Shown here: positions 38,266 to 48,918 of the stretch, one piece after another
Layout: every line of letters starts with the position of its first letter
Numbering within the stretch: position 1 is the stretch's first letter
Source: Craspedostauros australis
Taxonomy: Eukaryota
Assembly: GCA_030167865.1 (NCBI GenBank)
Contig: JALAGF010006090.1
Span: 1-64,000, forward strand
Length of the DNA: 64,000 nt
Direction: 5' to 3'
Made by a program: the position numbers and the translations under genes
Notes under the pieces: generated by a model
The model's input: the letters and a program-made list of their open reading frames with translations, nothing else
The model's database searches: none
Told to the model about the DNA's origin: nothing

Positions 38266-38419
38266 CGGCATCACGTGTGCGAGAACAACGACACGCGTCG
38301 CTTGTTCTTGTGGACAGAATGACTTCTTTGGGCCCGCGAAGTTGCTTGTCACTCCTTCACAACAACGACGACGACGACAAGACTCCAGAAGACACAGGAG
38401 GCAAAGACAGTCCATTTCA

Positions 38420-38451
<32 letters not shown>

Positions 38452-38572
38452 CAAACAAATCAAAGCAACGCATCGAAGAAACGCGACGAATACAGCACTC
38501 CACGACATTTCAATCTACTTCGATCAATTGCATCGCTCGCAGAACTCCCAAACCATTGCGTTGATCGTTGAC

Positions 38573-40132
38573 ATGCCGCCACGGGAGACCTTCGGCGGCG
38601 GCGAGGCCCGCAATCGTCGAGGAGCGGCACAGCAGCAGCGACAGCAGTTGGGGCCTCAGAATTTCAATGGCGATGCTGCCAACCAGCGCGCCGCCTACGC
38701 TCGTGCGACATCCTCGTTGGACATGGAGATTGCGGCAGCTTCCGACGACAACGACAACGATGTCAACGACAAACGCTCACATTCCAACGACTTTGTGGTC
38801 GGCACCGCGCTTCCGCTGCTGGTGTTCATTGACATGTTCGCCGTCTCCTTGGTCGTGCCGTTGCTCTTTCAGTACTACATGATGGCGGGCGTTGCCAACG
38901 CCACGCAACGAGAATTGCTTTCCTCCGTCTTCAGCACCTCCCAGATAGTCGGAGGGCTGGTCTTCGGGGCGTTGACGGACGCCAAGTGGCTCCGACGCAA
39001 GACCATCCTCTACCTCTCCTTCGGCGGATCCGCCGTGTCCTACCTCATGATTGCCTATGGAAACTTCCAGCTTCTGCTGGTCTCGCGGGTCCTGGTCGGC
39101 CTCGTCAAGCAGACCATGACGGTCACCATGTCCATGATCACGCAATTCACGACCGAGGACGATCGCGCCGTGCACCTAGGCCGCTTGCAATCGGCAGCGA
39201 CGGCAGCTTGGATCGCAGGACCGACCGTCGGTGCCTTTCTCTTCACGTGGGATTCCAAGGCGCCCGCGCTTGCAGCATGTGGCTTGTTTGCGATCATTAC
39301 GGTGGCATCGGCCGTGCTGCTGCCGGAAGATATTGAAACGTCGTCATCGAACAACAACAGTAACAGTGGTAGTGGTAGTGGTAGTATGGAAAACAACAAC
39401 AGCAGAAGCGGCGTTGGCGGCAATAGCAAGAAGCAAGCGCAAGGTTCATTCTGGGAAAACCTCAAGCAATGCTTCAGCTCCCGAAATTTGGGCTTCGTCA
39501 TCGCATCCCACCTCCTGTTCTACTGGATCAACCGCTCCACTTCGTACTCCAGCATGGGCAGCTACTACGAGGACATGTACGGATTGATGCCGCACCACCG
39601 TGGGTACATTCGGAGCTACCAATCCGTCATGCAATTCATCGTGCAATCCGCTCTCATCGGGCCCGTCTTGCAATTCGTAGGCGGCGAACGTCAGGCCTGC
39701 TGCCTCGCGACCTTCGGACTGGCGATTGCGACGTTCGCCGAGACGCAGCAATCCATGCCGCTGTTCCTCGCCATCATCTGCCCCATCATCTCGCTGGGCA
39801 TCGCCATGCTCACGATCTCTCTCAAGGCTCTGCTGACCAACATCGCACCGGCCGACAGCATCTTCTCCGTCTTCGCGGCCCTTGACGTGCTGCAGAATGC
39901 TGCGGCCGTGACTGTTCCCTTCTATCGGACACAACTGTTTGCAGTCTTGCCATCGCGTGGCGCCGATTCCATGGGAATGAGTGGCGATCCTGACGCTGTG
40001 GCGTGGGCATACTCAGGTGCCGTGCATTGGTTGGTAGCATCGTGCGCAATGACGTTCCTGCTGATGCAAAATGGAGAAGGCAAGCGAAGGCAACCTCGCA
40101 AGCAGCGGTACACGCAGAATAAGACAGTGTGA
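38573..40132 (+). CDS. Major facilitator superfamily transporter (DHA1/SLC22A18-like)
   Basis: About 12 hydrophobic helices; D in TM1 (VFIDMFAVSLVVPLL); motif-A-like GALTDAKWLRRK; SRVLVG; IAGPTVGA. Confidence 0.88.
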   Translation: MPPRETFGGGEARNRRGAAQQQRQQLGPQNFNGDAANQRAAYARATSSLDMEIAAASDDNDNDVNDKRSHSNDFVVGTALPLLVFIDMFAVSLVVPLLFQYYMMAGVANATQRELLSSVFSTSQIVGGLVFGALTDAKWLRRKTILYLSFGGSAVSYLMIAYGNFQLLLVSRVLVGLVKQTMTVTMSMITQFTTEDDRAVHLGRLQSAATAAWIAGPTVGAFLFTWDSKAPALAACGLFAIITVASAVLLPEDIETSSSNNNSNSGSGSGSMENNNSRSGVGGNSKKQAQGSFWENLKQCFSSRNLGFVIASHLLFYWINRSTSYSSMGSYYEDMYGLMPHHRGYIRSYQSVMQFIVQSALIGPVLQFVGGERQACCLATFGLAIATFAETQQSMPLFLAIICPIISLGIAMLTISLKALLTNIAPADSIFSVFAALDVLQNAAAVTVPFYRTQLFAVLPSRGADSMGMSGDPDAVAWAYSGAVHWLVASCAMTFLLMQNGEGKRRQPRKQRYTQNKTV

Positions 40133-40570
40133 AGTACTCTACTCAATAATGCCCCGAAAGTGCAAGTGTTGGCAGCGTTTCTACCCCATGCCACGACGAC
40201 AGAGAGTCGGATTGCCTCCATTGCAATATGTTCGAATGTTGGTGGTGAATATTATACTCGCAACAGCCCACCTCTCGCTTGCTTGAATTCTGTTCGTATT
40301 CAGCTCCTGACTCTAGATTCGATTTGTAGGCTTTTCGCGCTTTTTGTACTCAGTCCCGTTTTTGTTGGCATTCGTTGTGGAGATTTATTGTCCACGATTG
40401 GGAGTTCCACGCAACAATGCCGTTGGCTCCGAATGCAACGAGAGACACCATGTTGCGCAAAGACAGGCAACACAAAAGCGGCACAGAGCATTGTCACAAA
40501 GACAAAGCAATCGGATCAGAACAGAGCATCCCAATCCGCACTCCCAGAGAAGAAGAAGAACGTCAGCATC

Positions 40571-41158
40571 ATGGCAACCGAATTTCACGAAGATTCCGTC
40601 ATCGAACGCACGCACGAGCGATGGGTGGGCAAGTGCGTGAGGATACGCTCGCGATACGGATCCTTGGACTTGGCGCAAGACGGCAATCAGCTCGTGACCA
40701 GCCATACCAGCCATGCGCTGTTTGAAATCGTCCGCGTGGCACCGGTGGGTGCGTCGTCGGAATCACGCGTGGCGTTCCGCGTGAAGGACAGCGACCAGTA
40801 CATCACGGCCGTCCTGTACGGCGATGCACCACGGCAGAACATCCTGGAGGCCTTGGTAGAAGAAACCGCGTTGCCGCCGGAGATGCTGAGGCAGGTGGTG
40901 GGTTACGCCGTCGAAGATGCCTCTCCCACTGACAACTTCGAAGGTGCTGGGTTTAACTATTCCCCCATGACGGTGGAACCAGGACCGATTAATGCCATGC
41001 GGCAGTCGTTTCAAATGGAGGATTCGAACGGTGGTCGATTCGGTCTGCGCAGCTGCTTCAACACCTACTGGAGATCGCAGCACTGGGAGAACACGGTGTC
41101 GCAGAGCCCGCATCGGTTGGGCGATGAACTGTGGTACATCAAGGAGGCATCCAACTGA
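40571..41158 (+). CDS. 195-aa fascin-like beta-trefoil protein with central insertion
   Basis: Three internal repeats of the v.lRs..g.yl.a ... F.i pattern: CVRIRSRYGSLDLA..FEIV, RVAFRVKDSDQYITA..FQME, RFGLRSCFNTYWRS..WYIK. Confidence 0.6.
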   Translation: MATEFHEDSVIERTHERWVGKCVRIRSRYGSLDLAQDGNQLVTSHTSHALFEIVRVAPVGASSESRVAFRVKDSDQYITAVLYGDAPRQNILEALVEETALPPEMLRQVVGYAVEDASPTDNFEGAGFNYSPMTVEPGPINAMRQSFQMEDSNGGRFGLRSCFNTYWRSQHWENTVSQSPHRLGDELWYIKEASN

Positions 41159-41783
41159 ATATCAGTCTGAAGATGAAGAGAAGATGAAAATGAAGGTGTC
41201 ATCGCGACTGCTAGAATGCTCAGCGCCGCAACCTACTGTATGTGAACAGCCGTACACTGGGCCCCGAATGTCATGCTGCTCATGGTCGTGCGAGTGCCTG
41301 CCTCACTTGCACTCGGTGGCATGGCACCTGAATTGGGAGAACAACGAGGAGTCAAAGAGCGTCATACGGATGAAGAGAGTCAGACTACAGCACAGATGCG
41401 ATTTATGGGTGAGCCTCTCATGGCTTCCCTGTCATTGGATCTTTCAGCGCAACCCCGGATGAACTTTGTCCATTCTCTCCCTCTCTCTCTCCAGAGTTGG
41501 TGGACCTGTCTTGGCCGTCAGTATCCGTAGTGCATCATCCTTATTTCTTTACTCTACCAACTTTGCTCCTCTACGTACGCTGCTCTGCAGATTCGCATCG
41601 TGTTGGACGTTAAGATGACAACTGTATGAATGTCTTTCTGCCGACGTCATCGTACTCGTCTTCTCCTTGCGAGAATCCTCTCTTGCTGTTGACGGGCACA
41701 GTATGGCCCATGTCGTGACAAGAACGGCGATAACCGCGGTGACGGTCCGACCGCTGAGGATGGATATCACCGGCGATTGCGGC

Positions 41784-43097
41784 CTATGACTTAGATTCAG
41801 CAATAAGCTCATCCAGGAAGTTCAGCGTTTCCTCCTGGTGGACCTCGTCGTACGGTGTTTCGTAGATCGCCGCTCTCATCATTACCTGGATCGCTGATTC
41901 CAAGTCGCCCTTCTCCTTGTAGCACAACGCCAAGTACTTGTGCGAGTCCGGGAGATACCGAATGAAGGAAAGAACGAGCACGGACATGTCGAGGCACGCC
42001 TGTTTGTCTCCCAATTCGAAGCAACAACGTTGCAAATCCATGCGTGTGCGGAAGAGGAATCGGTCGTCTTTGCTTCTGGCTGCCCGTCGCACTTCGACCG
42101 TCAGCTTCTTCTCGAGTTTCTTCAAGATGGTAAAGGCCTCTCGCCACTTTCCCATTGCCATGAAAGCTTCTGCGCGGGCCAATTGCAACCCGAACGGTCT
42201 GCTGGCTTCGGTGACGGCCAAGTTGCCCGAGAAGCGGAAACCAAGATCGCATGCGTTCCAGAAGACGAGATGAATGTCCGTCGTCTCGTCATCTGGGAAC
42301 TTGTGCTCGACCCAAAAGTCGTGCTCATCTTGATAGTACACATCCTGCTTGTGATCCTCGAACCGCCTGATCTCGATTTGGACGATCTGGTCCAATACCT
42401 CCAACGCCTCCTCGTGGCGGTTGAGCATCGGCAGGATCGCTGCCTTGATGTACAGCGCCCTGAGATGGGGAGATGGGCTGTGTCGGAGCATCCCCTCAAT
42501 GAGTTCGAGGGCCTTCTCGTTGAGCAGATTGGCGTCCTCCATGTTTCGCTTGACAACCAGATTGATGGCATGAGAGACCAAAGTGTGGATCTTCTCCAGC
42601 TCACGGAATTCGAAGTGATGCACCTCGGACTTGCAGTGGGGACACGGCAGCACTGGCTTCGTGCCGGTGTTGAGAGTTGCTCTCTGCGCGCGCTGGTGTG
42701 TCACCAGGCACTTCCTGCAGAAGCCATGGCCACAATCGACCACAGTAATGCAAGAATTCTCATCCTTGTGCCAGCAGATGGTGCAGTTGGGGTTTTTGGC
42801 TGGTCCGTACGAATTGCCCTTGCACACTTTCTCGATCAGGTCCTTCGCGACGATGTCTGGAGCTCCGTAGGTCGTTCGCACCCTGTCGTACATGGCAGTG
42901 CAGGGCGTCTTGTGCTTCTTCCAGCTCGCCTTCTGGCACGCCTTGGAGCAGTAAAAGACGTCCTTGCATCTCGTGCATCGCAACCGAGCACCGGGATTGT
43001 GGCACCCCCTGGCATCGCAGACGATAGAATCGCGTGGGATGGCAGCGCGTCTGTCGGCGAGAGACTTGTTCTTCGCGGCGCCATTGGCATCTGCCAT
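41784..43097 (-). CDS. MYND zinc finger + RING finger + TPR-like protein
   Basis: MYND CDARGC...CTRCKDVFYCSKACQKASWKKHKTPC; C3HC4 RING CTIC...CGHGFCRKC...CPHC; TPR-like helices (LNRHEEALEVLD, MGKWREAF, KGDLESAIQVM). Confidence 0.88.
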   Translation of the reverse strand: MADANGAAKNKSLADRRAAIPRDSIVCDARGCHNPGARLRCTRCKDVFYCSKACQKASWKKHKTPCTAMYDRVRTTYGAPDIVAKDLIEKVCKGNSYGPAKNPNCTICWHKDENSCITVVDCGHGFCRKCLVTHQRAQRATLNTGTKPVLPCPHCKSEVHHFEFRELEKIHTLVSHAINLVVKRNMEDANLLNEKALELIEGMLRHSPSPHLRALYIKAAILPMLNRHEEALEVLDQIVQIEIRRFEDHKQDVYYQDEHDFWVEHKFPDDETTDIHLVFWNACDLGFRFSGNLAVTEASRPFGLQLARAEAFMAMGKWREAFTILKKLEKKLTVEVRRAARSKDDRFLFRTRMDLQRCCFELGDKQACLDMSVLVLSFIRYLPDSHKYLALCYKEKGDLESAIQVMMRAAIYETPYDEVHQEETLNFLDELIAESKS

Positions 43098-43883
43098 CGT
43101 TACTTCGTCTTGCTCTGCTGTTGTTTCTGGTGTTGCTTCTGGTGGTGTGTGTGCGTGCGTGTATGGGGGATGCTTGTGCTTTTATGTGGAGATTGAGTGA
43201 GCATCCGTGGGAGTTGCTGCGTGGTATAATAGACGCTGCGAGGGGGTGCGATGTCCCCGAATTGCCATCACGTGCATGGATGTCAACGTTTGTGAGTCGT
43301 CGTACGTGCACAGACGAGGTTCGTTTCAGTCTGGCCTCATTCTTCGCCAAATCGCCTCGAATCATGTTGTTCGTCGCGTTTGGTGATGGTATCATTTTGT
43401 ACCCTTGTCCGACAAAGTAGATGTACAGCGCACGTGCCATGTTTGTTCTGATGCGATACTGTCTGTTTTCTGGTGACGTCTTCGTTCGGTGCCATCAAAC
43501 GCCAATTATCCATGAATGAAAAGAACGATGAGTCAGAGAGGTCTAACAGATTCGGTGGTGACAAAGAAGAAGATGGAAGCTCGAAAACGCCAAAAAATGA
43601 AGCGATGATGGATGATGTGTCACCGCGAAAACAGTGATGACCGTGCCATCCGCGATGTGACTGGTCTCGACAGCCACAAACAGGAGAGGACATCAACAAG
43701 TCGCGACGAGTTCCTCGCCAACGAAATCCGCAAGGCTCGCTAGATTCTGCACGAACAAGATCCATCTGTGCATGATACGCACATGCCTGTCCGCAAAGAC
43801 ATACAATAGCAACAAAGAAAGAAAGCACTCGAGTATTGCACTCCATCTTATCGGTCCTTCAAACGACACTTCGCAACGGCTGG

Positions 43884-45137
43884 ATGAAACTCAGTCAGAC
43901 CTTCCCGACCTGCATGTTCCTTCTTCTCCGTGGTGGTGGAGGTGTTGGTAGTGGCAGAACCGCATTGGTTCGTGCATTGGCAAGCGATTCGGCGTCTTCC
44001 TTCTCGAGACGACCGCGAAGCGCGGTAGATGGAGATTCAGCATCGGCAGCTCGATTCTCGTCTCTTTCTGCAACCGCACCATCTTCCGTTGGACAACGAG
44101 GAACACCAACTTCGCCTGCCACAACCAGGCTATTCTCCACCATCGAGAAGGAGCTAACGACAACTGCGAGTACGATGGTCGACGCCAACGGTGAGCCTTA
44201 CCCAACCGAGATGACGGAAGATGAAAGGTACCTGTTCGATTTGAACGGGTACATCATCATCCGCGGGGTGCTGACAGAGGATGAGGTCCGACGCGCCAAC
44301 GAGGCCATCGACAACCATGCTCACGAATTTGTGGAACGCGGAGAGGGCGCGCTGCGCAATGCCGTCGAGGGCACCAAGATGTACGGCAGCGGCCCCGGTC
44401 GCAAGGACCTCGGCGGGTGCTTGGAGTGGGGCGAGATCGAATCCCGCGTCTTCCAGAGCATCCTGGCTCACCCACGGTTGCTGCCCGTCTTCAATGGCAT
44501 CCTGGGCGAGGGATACCGCATGGATCACCTACCCATGGTTCTTGCGCAGGACAAGGGAGCCGAAGGATTCCGACTGCACGGCGGCACAATCGACTGCAGT
44601 TCAGGCGAGTACAATCCTTACCTCGCGTACACATGCCAGCACGGCACACTTCGATCGGCGCTGCTGGGATGCAACGTCCTCTTGGCGGATCACAGCGCCG
44701 GGTACGGCGGATTCTGCGTCGTGCCGGGCTCGCACAAATCCAATTTCAAGATGCCGGCAGGCATGGTGGATGGTGAGAGGTATGCCGAATACATCCAGCA
44801 GCCCGTGACGAAGGCTGGTGATGTCATCCTCTTCAGCGAGGGCACCGTGCACGGGGCCTTGCCTTGGACCGCCGACACCCAGCGCAGAGCGTGCCTGTAC
44901 CGTTTCTCTCCGTCCACCAACGTCTACGGACGTTCCTACTTTGGCCACGAAGGTGGCGGGTGGCCGACCAAGATGTACGAAGGACTTTCGGAAGCAGAAC
45001 GCGCAGTGCTGGAGCCACCGTACGCCAACCGTCTGGATCGCCCGACGGTGCGGGACGATGGTTCTGTCGAGGTCCAGTCTAGGGGCGAACGCAAGAAGCT
45101 TCACGATCAGCAGGTCTTTGGTACCAAGTACTTTTGA
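43884..45137 (+). CDS. PhyH-family Fe(II)/2-oxoglutarate oxygenase with atypical H-x-G motif (start 43884 or 43914)
   Basis: YLFDLNGYIIIRGVL, GGFCVVPGSHK and KAGDVILFSEGTVHG...RR are PhyH-fold hallmarks. The S/R/A-rich N-terminal extension resembles an organelle presequence. Confidence 0.88.
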   Translation: MKLSQTFPTCMFLLLRGGGGVGSGRTALVRALASDSASSFSRRPRSAVDGDSASAARFSSLSATAPSSVGQRGTPTSPATTRLFSTIEKELTTTASTMVDANGEPYPTEMTEDERYLFDLNGYIIIRGVLTEDEVRRANEAIDNHAHEFVERGEGALRNAVEGTKMYGSGPGRKDLGGCLEWGEIESRVFQSILAHPRLLPVFNGILGEGYRMDHLPMVLAQDKGAEGFRLHGGTIDCSSGEYNPYLAYTCQHGTLRSALLGCNVLLADHSAGYGGFCVVPGSHKSNFKMPAGMVDGERYAEYIQQPVTKAGDVILFSEGTVHGALPWTADTQRRACLYRFSPSTNVYGRSYFGHEGGGWPTKMYEGLSEAERAVLEPPYANRLDRPTVRDDGSVEVQSRGERKKLHDQQVFGTKYF

Positions 45138-45354
45138 AGTGTCCAACGCAGCGCAGCGCAGGCAGCACAAAAATAGACAAGCACATAGTACCATTGTCTG
45201 CTCTACTGCGGTATGTTATTGCGCATTGTTCTCAATCTACTTGGATCTGTGATCACCTACGATTCTAATTGTGCGCTGCGACGACGCGGCATACTCGTAA
45301 CACACATGCTGTGAGCATGGGATACCTTGTCAGCCAGCATTGAAGGTCGTTGCA

Positions 45355-47442
45355 CTATTGTTCAGAGCTCTCACCGGCACCGTATGAGGCATATTCCCGA
45401 AGACCTTCGGCGCAGGTACGCAGAACACGGCATTGCGACCATCGCAGGGATGCTGCGAGTTGAAGGGACAAGACTTTCATTGAGTCCGCCACTCCCACTT
45501 GCTCTGCTGAATCCAATGGCCTGTCATCATCATCAAAGATATCATCATCATCATAGAGATCATCATCATCATATAGATCATCGTCGTCGTCGTCATAGAA
45601 TTCATAATCATCCTCATCTTGATCGACGTTGAGTTGCTCCCACAAATCTTGAACGTTTTTGTCAGTAGTGACCGTGGCGCTGCTGCGACGGCGTTGCGGT
45701 GAGAAATCGTTGTCCAGCAGCAGCTGGTAGGCAACGTCGGAAAGACGATCTGCTATTCGCAGTGCCACTTCCGGCGTCAGGTCGACCTCCGCTTCGTCAA
45801 TGAAGCCTTCTTGCTCGTCGCCGTCCGTGTTGACGATGCCTGCCTCAGCCTCTACGATGGTGCGTGCAGATGCCACCAGGTCCACAGGGACAGTGTCGGG
45901 ACCGACCTCGTACCGGACGCCCTCGAAGTACACCTCCGCCACGCTACTGCTGTCGTCTTCTTCAAGAGCATTGGCGTACTGGTCTCCATTCTCTGCAAGG
46001 ATCGAGGGCGATACCTTCGCTGGGATGAATCCATACGAAAGCAAACACTTCCAATCGGGCGTTGTGGATTCCTCCCCGTAGCTTATCATCACCTGGCAGT
46101 TCTTGGGAAGGTTTGTGGCCGCGCGGACCACCACCTGCTGCTGGCCGTCTAGAGCCTCCAAACCAAAGTATGCGTTTGCGTACCTGCTGGTGTCGAACGA
46201 CGGCGGCACGGCACTACCGAGCTCGGTGCCATGTAGACGTGGAGCAGGTGCGTGGTTGATCATGTCGAAAATGGGAGCGACCGTGCGTCGCATGCGGAAT
46301 GTCGGATCGTTCAGATCCGCCGGACTGCCATCATCGGCCATTGATGACGGGTGCATAACGCGGCATGCCCTTGTCTGAACGATATCCAACGCCCAGGATG
46401 CCAGGTTGTAGAGGTCTGCGTCCGTCAGGTCCGTACCATCCATGTTGTACTTAGTTTTGACGGCATAGACGAGATCCTCCGCCGCTTGCGCACGAGCAAA
46501 GTACGCCGAGTCGATGGCAAGCTCCAATGCCGTGCAGCATGCGGTGGACACAACCTCATCCGACCAGTGGACCGGGAGAGACGCATGCAGCAAATCGGGA
46601 TTTGGCAACAGCTGCAGCCACAGCTCGTGCCCATCGTCGATGCTGGCTCCACCCTGATTGGAACTTCTCACGCCTTGCGACTGCGGACGATCATCACAGC
46701 CCTTGCCCAATCGAAGACGTAAATCCACCAAGCTCGCCGCGACTCGAGTGGCCCACAAACTCGCACCGTATGGCCCGACGTTGCTGTCACTGTTGTTTGG
46801 AGGAGCGGCAGAATCACAGCTCTCGCTGCCATCGCTGTCATCGCCGCCACCATCATCTTGCAGTTCCATCATCGCATCTTGGAACCATTGCGGAACCTGA
46901 TCATCCACGAAACACGAATCGAGAGGAACCGCAAGCAGAATCTCATCTGCTTGCACGGGGCGGTTCAGAAAGATGCCTCTGACACCATGCGAACCTTCGT
47001 CTTCGCTGTCGGCGTTGCCATCATCATGCGATTCATCAGTGGATCCCAAGTAGTCTAGCCGGATCGCATCATTGCCTGAGCCAGTCGAGGCGTTCAGCAG
47101 ATGCAACAAATTCTGGAATGATTCATTTTCCGAATCAAATGTTTGCGACGGTGCATCTCCACTTGGATTCGTTGCCGCCGCTGTTGCATCATGGGAGACT
47201 GCACTGCCCACCACGACACGGCGTGCCACCCTGTGTTCGTTCTGGGCAAATGGATGCAGCAGCCACGGTTGCGTTGCGTGTGACAGTGTTTGCTGCACTG
47301 CCGGTTTCTCGCGCAACAGCGGAACGAAGGCCATCGTGACAGTCCTGGAGGCGATGCCATTCACAGCGCCTAACGCATCCAGCACCCCCAATAGCAACGC
47401 TACCAGGGCCATGCGAACCATTCTCTGTGACGAACGGTGCAT
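45355..47442 (-). CDS. SET-domain protein lysine methyltransferase (Rubisco LSMT/SETD3-like), probably plastid-targeted (start 47442 or 47421)
   Basis: GVRGIF...ILLAVP, WALDIVQTRA, APIFDMINH, VMISYG and LLSYGFI. Hydrophobic signal peptide followed by MA|FVP. Confidence 0.85.
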   Translation of the reverse strand: MHRSSQRMVRMALVALLLGVLDALGAVNGIASRTVTMAFVPLLREKPAVQQTLSHATQPWLLHPFAQNEHRVARRVVVGSAVSHDATAAATNPSGDAPSQTFDSENESFQNLLHLLNASTGSGNDAIRLDYLGSTDESHDDGNADSEDEGSHGVRGIFLNRPVQADEILLAVPLDSCFVDDQVPQWFQDAMMELQDDGGGDDSDGSESCDSAAPPNNSDSNVGPYGASLWATRVAASLVDLRLRLGKGCDDRPQSQGVRSSNQGGASIDDGHELWLQLLPNPDLLHASLPVHWSDEVVSTACCTALELAIDSAYFARAQAAEDLVYAVKTKYNMDGTDLTDADLYNLASWALDIVQTRACRVMHPSSMADDGSPADLNDPTFRMRRTVAPIFDMINHAPAPRLHGTELGSAVPPSFDTSRYANAYFGLEALDGQQQVVVRAATNLPKNCQVMISYGEESTTPDWKCLLSYGFIPAKVSPSILAENGDQYANALEEDDSSSVAEVYFEGVRYEVGPDTVPVDLVASARTIVEAEAGIVNTDGDEQEGFIDEAEVDLTPEVALRIADRLSDVAYQLLLDNDFSPQRRRSSATVTTDKNVQDLWEQLNVDQDEDDYEFYDDDDDDLYDDDDLYDDDDIFDDDDRPLDSAEQVGVADSMKVLSLQLAASLRWSQCRVLRTCAEGLREYASYGAGESSEQ

Positions 47443-48315
47443 TGAGAACTTATGCGGAAGGCCGTGCGTGTGAGCTCGAGTCTGTGCGTTCTGCGCCATG
47501 TTGCGGAAATCAGCGTCTCCTGTTCTCCCCACTGAGTTGTCTTTGTCGTGCTGATCAAGTGCAGTAGAGTACGTATGGTAGTCTGGATTGTACGCAACTG
47601 GGGCAATGAAATAGTGATGAGGTTGGTCCTCTATGCCGTCTGCCAAGCCAGAAGATGAAGTGAGAAAGCATGTGCTACGAGTCGTAGGTTGCAGCCGCAG
47701 CATCATCCTGTGGTCGTGGGCTGGACTTCGCCTGGCGTCACATCTGTGTTCTTGTTTTTGTTTGGTTCTGGTGTTGTTGTATCTTTCCCCTTGATGTGTC
47801 AAATTCTTGCCTGTCATGCGCACGTTGCAGACATTGTTGACGTGGAGGATAGAACTTCCGCGATGAGCCACAGGTATGCACTGTACATCTGGTACAAACA
47901 ACATTGTTGCGAGTTGGATGTTGCAAGTATTGGATAGCGCATTGTGCTAAGATCTACAAATGTTTGTAGGATGCTGTCATGTGAAGTTGTCCCTCTCGGC
48001 GCCAACATGAATGCATATCTTTGTCTTTCTTTCGATGGACTAATATTTTTGACTGTCGATCACTTTGGCATCGTTGCTGTTATCGCCACAGTTGGTATCC
48101 GTGTTTCTCTGCTATGAGCGTTAAATGTGTCAGAAGCAACCCAAATGAGGTGTATAGTGCGATGGAGTATGCTATCATGAGTTTATGGTGATGTAATGGT
48201 GGGCGCTCTTGTTGGGCGCGATGAAGGAAGAAAATTATCGAGTATTGTGCTCGTATTCGTGCGCAACGCGACGAGGGCCAGTCTCAAAATGGGATGTTGC
48301 GACGGTTGTTCGCAC

Positions 48316-48918
48316 TCAGCGATTGTGGATCAAGGAGTCCCAGTCGTATCCACTGTGCCCGTCACGACGTGATCTCCGTGATGCGAAGGAGGCAACGGCT
48401 CCCCCTGTATCATTGGTGACATCATCGTCATCGAGGTCTGGATTTGTATTGGAGGTGCTCGAGGCGTAAAACGAGGCCGCGATATCGTCTTCATCCTCCA
48501 GGTACTCAATCCGTGTCTTTTCTGGAAAGAGCTCGAACATGCACTCATAGGGGTTGTCTTCCGCGGCTGCGGAACCCGCACCAGCGCCATCATGCGACCT
48601 TGCCGTTGGATGGTGCTGATGGTGACTGCCGCGGCGATGGCGGTCTCCGACATGGCGTAGCCCCACGGGGCCCGGAGATTGCGGATCATCCCCACCATAC
48701 GGCGGCGATGGCATCATCGGTGCAGATGCGCGTCTTCCTGTGGCTCTTGGACGCGAGTTGCTGACGCCGGTTGGGCTGTAGAGATCTTTCACGTTGCGCC
48801 TGGGACTCGCGCTCGCTTGGAACATGGATGGCACGAGCGACGCAGCGCCCTCATCGTCGTTCCTGTTGCCGCGGTGCATTCGGAATGCACGGGCGCGGTC
48901 GGGGGCCGGACTTCTCAT
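48316..48918 (-). CDS. Hypothetical 200-aa disordered protein
   Basis: ATG-initiated ORF with Ser/Pro/Asp-rich composition like other exons here, preceded by a CA-rich leader as other genes are. No recognisable domain. Confidence 0.45.
   Translation of the reverse strand: MRSPAPDRARAFRMHRGNRNDDEGAASLVPSMFQASASPRRNVKDLYSPTGVSNSRPRATGRRASAPMMPSPPYGGDDPQSPGPVGLRHVGDRHRRGSHHQHHPTARSHDGAGAGSAAAEDNPYECMFELFPEKTRIEYLEDEDDIAASFYASSTSNTNPDLDDDDVTNDTGGAVASFASRRSRRDGHSGYDWDSLIHNR

Noticed and set aside
41940..43196. Long antisense ORFs (418 aa here; also 13209-14393, 15197-16444, 19168-20181, 28975-30096)
   Set aside because: They mirror confident genes on the opposite strand and have no motifs. This is expected from codon bias that depletes antisense stops.
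43512..43637. 41-codon purine-rich ORF (MNEKNDESERS...) upstream of the PhyH gene
   Set aside because: It could be a uORF, but it has no motif or usable splice link and its length is compatible with chance.
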